A stretch of DNA of 64,000 nucleotides from positions 190,394-254,393 of IMG/VR virus record IMGVR_UViG_3300009158_000031. The stretch is one strand, 5' to 3'. The notes beneath the pieces are model-generated. The model did no database searches. It saw nothing but the letters and a program-made list of their open reading frames with translations, and had not been told where the DNA came from. The position numbers and the translations under genes were made by a program. This document shows, one piece after another, positions 57,756 through 64,000 of this stretch (position 1 is its first letter; each line of letters starts with the position of its first letter).

Positions 57756-58809
57756 TATAAGACGTAGCATTGAACTCACTAATCTCTATGATATGGGTGA
57801 AAAAATGTGGTGGAAAGATAATGACCATATGTTTTCCAATTGGAGACGTAAGAATTTCATAGTAAATGAAAAGGTCTGGAATGATTGGGTAGATAAAAAT
57901 GTCGATATTGAATGTTGTGAATTGAAGACTCGTGATGTCGTAGAGAATTATGCCGGTAGAACTAAAACCGTAAATTCTACAATTTTTACATGTGGAGTTT
58001 CTACTCCAAGTGAAGGTGAAATCGAAATTGAATATGTTCATCTTCGTTGGGATTTGAAGAGAGGAAACGATGCAGTTAAGAAAATGATTACGGAAATAGA
58101 AGATATGTGTATTATACACAAAGAAAAATCTTCTGTTCAATTGCTAGTTAAAGATAATGGAGATCTTGATCTTCGAGCTTTTGAAATTCATAAACCGAAT
58201 ATCGATCTAAAAATGAATTATGATGATGAATGGAATGATAAACATAATTATCTCATGAATCAACTTAACATGAAGGAAAAAAAAGGAATTGTTCTTCTTC
58301 ATGGACATCCTGGAACTGGAAAGACAATGTATATTCGACACCTTATTTCTTTGTTATCTGAAAAGAGAACCGTCATATATCTTCCTAATCAGCTAATCGA
58401 TTCATTAACAGATCCTTCATTTATTCCTTTGTTATCTGATTATAGTGGATCTATTATAATTATTGAAGATGCCGATGAAGCTATTCGATCTAGAAAAACT
58501 GGTGGTGCATCAGTTGATAAATTACTTAATCTAGCCGATGGTATACTTTCAGATTTTCTAGGCATTCAATTTATCTGTACATTTAATTGCCCTATTACTA
58601 CAATCGATGATGCTCTACTTCGTAAAGGTCGCCTAATCTTCCGACATGAATTTGATAAACTTCCAATCGCGAAAGCTCAGGCATTAAGCGATCATTTAGG
58701 TTTTGATACTAAAATTGACAAAGCCATGACACTTGCCGAAATCTATAATCAAGAGAAGAAATTTAGCGAAGAAGATAAATTAGATAAAAAACGAATAGGC
58801 TTTTATTAA
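57736..58809 (+). CDS. AAA+ ATPase
   Basis: GHPGTGKT, IIIED, LLN..DG, ALLRKGR. Confidence 0.9.
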   Translation: MIKPVNNIRRSIELTNLYDMGEKMWWKDNDHMFSNWRRKNFIVNEKVWNDWVDKNVDIECCELKTRDVVENYAGRTKTVNSTIFTCGVSTPSEGEIEIEYVHLRWDLKRGNDAVKKMITEIEDMCIIHKEKSSVQLLVKDNGDLDLRAFEIHKPNIDLKMNYDDEWNDKHNYLMNQLNMKEKKGIVLLHGHPGTGKTMYIRHLISLLSEKRTVIYLPNQLIDSLTDPSFIPLLSDYSGSIIIIEDADEAIRSRKTGGASVDKLLNLADGILSDFLGIQFICTFNCPITTIDDALLRKGRLIFRHEFDKLPIAKAQALSDHLGFDTKIDKAMTLAEIYNQEKKFSEEDKLDKKRIGFY

Positions 58810-58810
58810 T

Positions 58811-58873
58811 TGTTAATAACTTTTTGTCAATAAAGTTTTTTATTCCACAAATTTTTATTATATTTGTTATATC
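58811..58873 (+). promoter_or_regulatory. promoter repeat copy 12
   Basis: Same architecture and spacing. Confidence 0.8.
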
Positions 58874-58891
58874 AAATTAATTAATACATCT

Positions 58892-59218
58892 ATGGAAAAT
58901 CAAAAAACTTTTATTGATGGTAGAATTCCATCTAACCATCCTGATCTAGAAATTCTTGCCAAGAATTGCGAATGTGAAAATTTCTTAAGATCTTCAATGG
59001 GAAATTATGAAACTCATAGTTACGAAGGACATTACTTCCGAGTAAACTATCTTCGAGATTGGTCAAACGATTCGGTTGAAGGACTTAAAAATTCCTTTGC
59101 AAAAACTAACGAACAAACTTCTGAATATCGTTTCGAATTACTTCATGTATCTGATTGGGAATCCGATGATGATCGATATTGGGAAGCTTCATTTACATTT
59201 TTAGCGCATATAAAATAA
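58892..59218 (+). CDS. hypothetical early protein
   Basis: ORF after promoter. Confidence 0.65.
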   Translation: MENQKTFIDGRIPSNHPDLEILAKNCECENFLRSSMGNYETHSYEGHYFRVNYLRDWSNDSVEGLKNSFAKTNEQTSEYRFELLHVSDWESDDDRYWEASFTFLAHIK

Positions 59219-59221
59219 AAT

Positions 59222-60196
59222 ATGGAAATTCATAAACGAATAGGTTATTGTTGTATTAATCTCGAGCTACAAGGTAGTGAAGGAATTTCTACCAATCGTC
59301 ACATGATTAAGAAAACGTTTGAAGCTCAACGTTCAACTCTCGAAGGTGTATCAAAACTTGCTCTTGCAAACGTACAAGATCTAGTAAAAATCATTCAATG
59401 GAATGAACGTCGTGGTATCAAATTCTTTCGTATGTCTTCTAACATGTTTCCATGGATGTCTGAATATGAATTAACCGATCTACCAAATTGGCCAATTATC
59501 GAAAAGACTCTTCTACTTGGTGGTACTCTTGCAACCAACTATGGTCAACGTTTAGAAATGCATCCCGGCCCTTTTAATGTTCTTGCATCTCTAAATGGTT
59601 TTGTTGTAAGAAAAACGGTTAAAGAACTTAATCAACATTCCGAAATTTACGATGCCATGGGTTTTGTACCATCTCATTGGAATCAAATCAATATTCATCT
59701 AAATACAACTCAAGGTGGTAAAGAAGAATGCGCTAAACGTTTCATCAAAGGATTTGAAAAACTACACCCAAATACTCGAGCTCGATTAGTTATTGAAAAC
59801 GACGATAAACCTTCTCAATATTCAGTAAAAGATCTATACGATCTTTTATATACACAAATCCAAATCCCAATCACCTTTGATTCACACCATCACAAATTTT
59901 GTAGTGGTAATCTAACTCACGAAGAAGCTGCTAAACTTGCCGCTTCAACATGGGGTACCGTTCCTGCCGGTTTTCACTTCTCATCTACAATAAATCACGA
60001 ATCTCCTGATCAAATGGCTCGTGCACATGCCGATTGGATTTACGAAGAAATTACTGATTATGGTACTGGTGCATGGATTATGGTTGAAGCAAAGCTAAAA
60101 GAACGAGCAATCATAAAATATATGAATGAAGGTATTATGCCTTCAACATATGAAGAAAAATATACTCTCATAAATGAGCAAGAAGTTTTATTATAG
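59222..60196 (+). CDS. uvsE: UV-damage endonuclease
   Basis: IGYCCIN, FRMSS, MHPG, IENDD, FDSHHH, AHAD, VEAK.KE. Confidence 0.92.
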   Translation: MEIHKRIGYCCINLELQGSEGISTNRHMIKKTFEAQRSTLEGVSKLALANVQDLVKIIQWNERRGIKFFRMSSNMFPWMSEYELTDLPNWPIIEKTLLLGGTLATNYGQRLEMHPGPFNVLASLNGFVVRKTVKELNQHSEIYDAMGFVPSHWNQINIHLNTTQGGKEECAKRFIKGFEKLHPNTRARLVIENDDKPSQYSVKDLYDLLYTQIQIPITFDSHHHKFCSGNLTHEEAAKLAASTWGTVPAGFHFSSTINHESPDQMARAHADWIYEEITDYGTGAWIMVEAKLKERAIIKYMNEGIMPSTYEEKYTLINEQEVLL

Positions 60197-60740
60197 ACGA
60201 GGTGAAGTGGAAACTTCTGAACCTTGGTTAGTTCCCACTATCGAGAATTTCGATGCTTGGTTAATTGAATGGAAGGATCAAGTAAATCTAGAAGGATTTT
60301 CGGTTTATCTTGGTGGATCTTTTGCTCGACCTTATTGGCAATCTAAAAACGAAGGCGTTGAAAAACCTTTCATTGAAACATGGGACGTTGATATCATCAT
60401 AACCGGTCCAGAAGATTATATGAGACTAAGAGAAATACTTAATTCTGCTTCTAGTATAGGATTCAAACATCATCTGCTTATAGATATTTCATGGGATGAT
60501 ATGCTTTATGATAATCCGGATTATCAGAAGAACCCTTCACAAAGGAAAAAAATTCGAACAAATCGAGATGTCCTAAAAATAAGTGAATTTGAAGATTTTT
60601 ACTGGACTGCTGATAATCTAATTCCTTTTGGAGTATCTCATCAAGAAATGTCTGAAGGAGTTTGGCTATATGAAAACATCAGCTCATTCAATCTAGATAA
60701 ACACTTCGAAAAGAAAAATTATACTATACAATTAATATGA
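60174..60740 (+). CDS. nucleotidyltransferase-fold protein
   Basis: YLGGSF...WDVD...LIDI. Confidence 0.55.
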   Translation: MSKKFYYRRGEVETSEPWLVPTIENFDAWLIEWKDQVNLEGFSVYLGGSFARPYWQSKNEGVEKPFIETWDVDIIITGPEDYMRLREILNSASSIGFKHHLLIDISWDDMLYDNPDYQKNPSQRKKIRTNRDVLKISEFEDFYWTADNLIPFGVSHQEMSEGVWLYENISSFNLDKHFEKKNYTIQLI

Positions 60741-61120
60741 TCGTAGAGGACTTATTTTTTGCGGATAAAGGAAATATAGGTCGGATATATTGGATGATCC
60801 GACGCACCAACGAGATGGCGGAAGATAAAAAGCAGGAGATTCGTCAACGATCTATTGCCGACACACTCAATGCAACATTACTTAATGCCATGTATGAACG
60901 AGGTAATGTCGCTCAATCTATGGATGGCGTTATACAAAGAGGCTGGACGGAAGCTAACAAGCAAATAAATATATTAGAAGATCAAACCATCACACGATCA
61001 GAAGTATTTATGATAGGTGATCCTTCGACAATTGAAAGAATTACCGAAATTGAAAATTCTGCAGGATTTTTACAATGGATAAATCCCTATTTGATTGATG
61101 AAATTAAAAGATTGAACTAA
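60737..61120 (+). CDS. hypothetical protein
   Basis: ATGA-coupled ORF. Confidence 0.6.
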   Translation: MIVEDLFFADKGNIGRIYWMIRRTNEMAEDKKQEIRQRSIADTLNATLLNAMYERGNVAQSMDGVIQRGWTEANKQINILEDQTITRSEVFMIGDPSTIERITEIENSAGFLQWINPYLIDEIKRLN

Positions 61121-61612
61121 ATGTTACATGAACAAAAAATTGCATTCGTCTCACTAATAGACGATCAATCAAAGGTATTTCCAGATCTTTCTGTTAGGAT
61201 ATGGGATCATCAAAAGTTAATTAAGAAACTTCTACGAACCAAAACTTGTATTATAGGCAGAAAAACTTTTGAAATGACTGGTTGGAAAGGACCTAATACT
61301 TGGGTTATTACTCGAAAGAAAAAATTCAAAAGATTTGGTGTAGGTACAATTCATGATTTGAATGATTTGCACCTACACACTGAAGGAACTGTATATGTTC
61401 TTGGAGGAAATTCTCTCTTTAAACAGCTATCTCCTTATCTTGATGAGTTATTCATTTATGTGAATAACCTTGAGGATGGTAAAGATCCATGGATAAAACT
61501 CAATATGAAAGAGTGGTCTCCAATAGATTATAGCAATAAAGGAGCTTGGTCATATGCTCATCTAGAAAAGAAGAGAGGTGAACGAGACTTTATTGAAGAT
61601 TGGGATTTTTAG
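61121..61612 (+). CDS. divergent dihydrofolate reductase-like protein
   Basis: IIGRKTFE, VITR, VLGG; folate-site LPW/D motif degenerate. Confidence 0.65.
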   Translation: MLHEQKIAFVSLIDDQSKVFPDLSVRIWDHQKLIKKLLRTKTCIIGRKTFEMTGWKGPNTWVITRKKKFKRFGVGTIHDLNDLHLHTEGTVYVLGGNSLFKQLSPYLDELFIYVNNLEDGKDPWIKLNMKEWSPIDYSNKGAWSYAHLEKKRGERDFIEDWDF

Positions 61613-62742
61613 TACTTACCGTTAATTCCATTAGCTGCTTTATACGCTAGATAATTATAATTTATAAAAGGTTGAGAATTTAGATGATCGATAATGGTAT
61701 TACCAATTACTAAATTGGGATCATTGTATGATACTCCATTGCCTAATTTATTTCCGCCAATATAAATTTCTTCAGGGATATTCCAAACGAAAGAATTTTT
61801 TGTCTGAGAACCTTCAGACGATCCATTAATCCATAAAGTAAATTCACTTCCAATCAAACTATTATCTAAAACTAAAGTTACATTATTCCATTGATTATTT
61901 GAGAATGAATGAGTAAATTTAGGTAGAGAGGCATAATCTGCAGCATTTCCAAATGATACATGGGATCCATTAATCGCTAAAATCAATCCAGTCTGTGCAT
62001 AATTTCCAAAAGAAAATAAAGAACATGGAGTGCTGATTCCTGAAATATTAGAATGTTTAAACCAAACAGATATCATGAATCCGTTAGTACCAATATAAGC
62101 ATTAGAAATATCCAAGGTAATTGAATGCATTGAGCCATTAGGAGAAGAGGTATTTGATTGAAATGCTCCGTATGCAGTTCCTCCATTAGCACCAAAATCG
62201 ATAGAATTCGAGTCTTCTGGAGCAAAGGTTGAAGGGAAACCGTTAAGATTACTATTTCCTAGATTATTAGTCGTTTTCGAATTAACTAGGCCTAAACAAG
62301 AGCATTGAGGAATAGAAGGATCCCATATAACCAGAGGATCAGCTATGTGCACAAATGGATAATCTTGATTCATAATGAAATATTCAGCGGAATTATTTAA
62401 CCAATTCATTGCGGCACCAATTGTTCCGTATTGAGCTCCACCAGGTCTTCCCGGTAAACCATTAATAAGTTCAAGTAATTTAGTTGGATTCGTTGAGTCA
62501 AATGAACCCCATGCTACCGGAGTATAATCACTACTTCCACCGGGATAAGCTTCACTTTGCGCATCTTTTGTTGAGTATATGATGTATTGACTTCCACCAG
62601 TTTCACCTGCGTAATAAGTAAGACTGTCTTGTGATTGTGCTTTAGAGCTAGTTGCTACGGCAAAACCATTACTCCATAGAGTGTTAGGTTTGTAGTCGTT
62701 TACTCCACCGGCAATTGGATTTCTTTGTAATTGTAATGGCAT
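61609..62742 (-). CDS. LamG/concanavalin-like virion protein
   Basis: ISVWFK...WNNVTLV...LWING...IGG. Confidence 0.7.
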   Translation of the reverse strand: MPLQLQRNPIAGGVNDYKPNTLWSNGFAVATSSKAQSQDSLTYYAGETGGSQYIIYSTKDAQSEAYPGGSSDYTPVAWGSFDSTNPTKLLELINGLPGRPGGAQYGTIGAAMNWLNNSAEYFIMNQDYPFVHIADPLVIWDPSIPQCSCLGLVNSKTTNNLGNSNLNGFPSTFAPEDSNSIDFGANGGTAYGAFQSNTSSPNGSMHSITLDISNAYIGTNGFMISVWFKHSNISGISTPCSLFSFGNYAQTGLILAINGSHVSFGNAADYASLPKFTHSFSNNQWNNVTLVLDNSLIGSEFTLWINGSSEGSQTKNSFVWNIPEEIYIGGNKLGNGVSYNDPNLVIGNTIIDHLNSQPFINYNYLAYKAANGINGKY

Positions 62743-62776
62743 GTTATAATGTTTTGTTTGTTTTTATATTTATTCG

Positions 62777-64000
62777 TTAGATGTTGTTTTTCATCTGCGA
62801 TTCTAGATTTTCTACTTTGGCGGTTAATTCTTTAATTGCCTCTATTAATACCGCAACCATATTTTGATAGGCTACTGCATAAGTTCCATCATTTTTTTGA
62901 TAAACTACTTCTGGAATTATGGTCATAACCTCTTGAGCAATAACACCCATGAAACGATCACTTGATTCAGAATCAATACGTTCATAAGTTACACCTCTCA
63001 AGGAATTTACTTTATTTAAGGCCTCTATTATAGTTTCTACATTAGTTTTAACTCTTGCATCCGAGAATGCAATAATATCATTACTTGCATAAATAGAAAC
63101 GTTTGCATTAGCACCAACTACCTCTATTGGGTAATTAGGCGCAGGAGTTCCAACTCCCAGATAATTATTGGTATAATCAAATACTAAATTAGGATTAGCA
63201 TCGAAAGCTCCAGTATTATTATAAATCACTTGAGTATTAGTTCCAGGAACAGTTCCAGATCCAGCAGATCCTTGAATTCCTTGGAATCCTTGATTTCCAC
63301 TACCTTGATTACCTTGGAATCCAAATCCTTGGAATCCTTGGAATCCTTGAGATCCTTTAGCTCCTTGATCTCCTTTAGTTCCTTGTGGTCCTTGAAATCC
63401 TTGTACTCCTGAAGTTCCGGATATACCGTTTAGACCAGTAGCACCTTGGAATCCTTGATCTCCTTTAGCACCTTGATCGCCTTTGGTACCTTGTATACCC
63501 TGGAATCCTTGGAATCCTTGTGAACCCTTAGCTCCTTGATCTCCCTTGGTTCCTTGAATACCTTGGAATCCTTGATCGCCTTTAGCACCTTGGTCACCCT
63601 TAGCACCTTGATCTCCTTTGGTACCTTGGATTCCCTGGAAACCTTGATCTCCTTTAGTACCCTGAATACCTTGAAATCCTTGATTACCGATAGTTCCTTG
63701 AATACCTTGGAAACCTTGATTACCAAAGGTTCCTTGTATACCTTGGAATCCTTGATCTCCTTTAGCACCTTGATCGCCTTTGGTACCTTGTATACCCTGG
63801 AATCCTTGGAATCCTTGATTACCTTTATCTCCTTGATCGCCTTTAGCACCTTGTATTCCTTGAAATCCTTGATCTCCTTTGGTACCTTGAATACCTTGGA
63901 ATCCTTGATCTCCTTTAGCGCCTTGGTCACCTTTAGCTCCTTGATCTCCTTTGGTTCCTTGTATACCTTGGAATCCTTGATCTCCTTTAGCACCTTGATC
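62777..64000 (-). CDS. collagen-like tail fibre with C-terminal intramolecular chaperone (peptidase S74); 5'-partial
   Basis: Frame stays open from window end through G-X-Y repeats (GDQ/GFQ/GAK/GTK) into FSDARVKTN...GVIAQE...Y...LIEAIKEL. Confidence 0.9.
   Translation of the reverse strand, partial: DQGAKGDQGFQGIQGTKGDQGAKGDQGAKGDQGFQGIQGTKGDQGFQGIQGAKGDQGDKGNQGFQGFQGIQGTKGDQGAKGDQGFQGIQGTFGNQGFQGIQGTIGNQGFQGIQGTKGDQGFQGIQGTKGDQGAKGDQGAKGDQGFQGIQGTKGDQGAKGSQGFQGFQGIQGTKGDQGAKGDQGFQGATGLNGISGTSGVQGFQGPQGTKGDQGAKGSQGFQGFQGFGFQGNQGSGNQGFQGIQGSAGSGTVPGTNTQVIYNNTGAFDANPNLVFDYTNNYLGVGTPAPNYPIEVVGANANVSIYASNDIIAFSDARVKTNVETIIEALNKVNSLRGVTYERIDSESSDRFMGVIAQEVMTIIPEVVYQKNDGTYAVAYQNMVAVLIEAIKELTAKVENLESQMKNNI
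63270..64000 (-). repeat. 9-bp-periodic collagen-coding repeats
   Basis: Recurrent CCTTG units; identical blocks at 63461 and 63758, 297 bp apart. Confidence 0.9.

Noticed and set aside
392-58140. Short minus-strand and nested ORFs (e.g. 392-787, 671-910, 16585-16848, 20840-21202, 37873-38226, 57715-58140)
   Set aside because: They overlap well-supported + strand genes and show no recognisable motifs
6416-58873. CRISPR interpretation of the dispersed repeat or the CTAG array
   Set aside because: No constant repeat-spacer periodicity and no cas genes; copies are separated by whole genes
63230-63993. ORFs 63430-63993 (-) and 63230-63412 (+)
   Set aside because: Alternative-frame shadows of the collagen repeat; the G-X-Y frame is continuous with the S74 chaperone
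1-64000. Stop-codon reassignment
   Set aside because: Long conserved genes are intact in code 11; TAA, TAG and TGA all end genes; no suppressor tRNA here

Overview
This is a 64-kb AT-rich, gene-dense segment of a large lytic dsDNA phage, probably jumbo and T4-like in its regulatory logic. The host is most likely a Bacteroidota: the promoters carry TAnnTTTG -7 elements, leaders are A-rich without Shine-Dalgarno motifs, signal peptides are followed by Gln, and one protein has a T9SS type-B C-terminal domain. Almost all genes are on the + strand; a collagen tail-fibre/LamG module runs on the - strand at the right end. Contents: nucleotide and polyamine genes (speD, thyA, MazG, Nudix, DHFR-like); DNA/RNA repair (two RNA ligases, UvsE, photolyase-like, RadA-like, two GIY-YIG, two DEDD nucleases); glycan-modification genes (GT2, GT25, FkbM, carbamoyltransferase, gmd, ugd); a lysis region; two tRNAs with unexplained structured RNAs; and many small genes behind 12 copies of one promoter repeat. 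Most notable: (1) the promoter repeat has a helically phased DnaA-box-like site, and the phage encodes a stand-alone DnaA domain IV behind one copy; (2) nine proteins share a T4-style capsid-targeting N-terminus, including two predicted ADP-ribosyltransferases; (3) a 1655-aa phage-encoded T9SS cargo adhesin; (4) a ~1-kb non-coding locus with ~10.3-bp-phased CTAGs and A-tracts at a G/C skew switch (origin or pac candidate); (5) an anticodon-less tRNA mimic; (6) a Rieske oxygenase and a possible aerolysin-like protein next to the endolysin. All calls come from motif recognition by eye; no searches were run.
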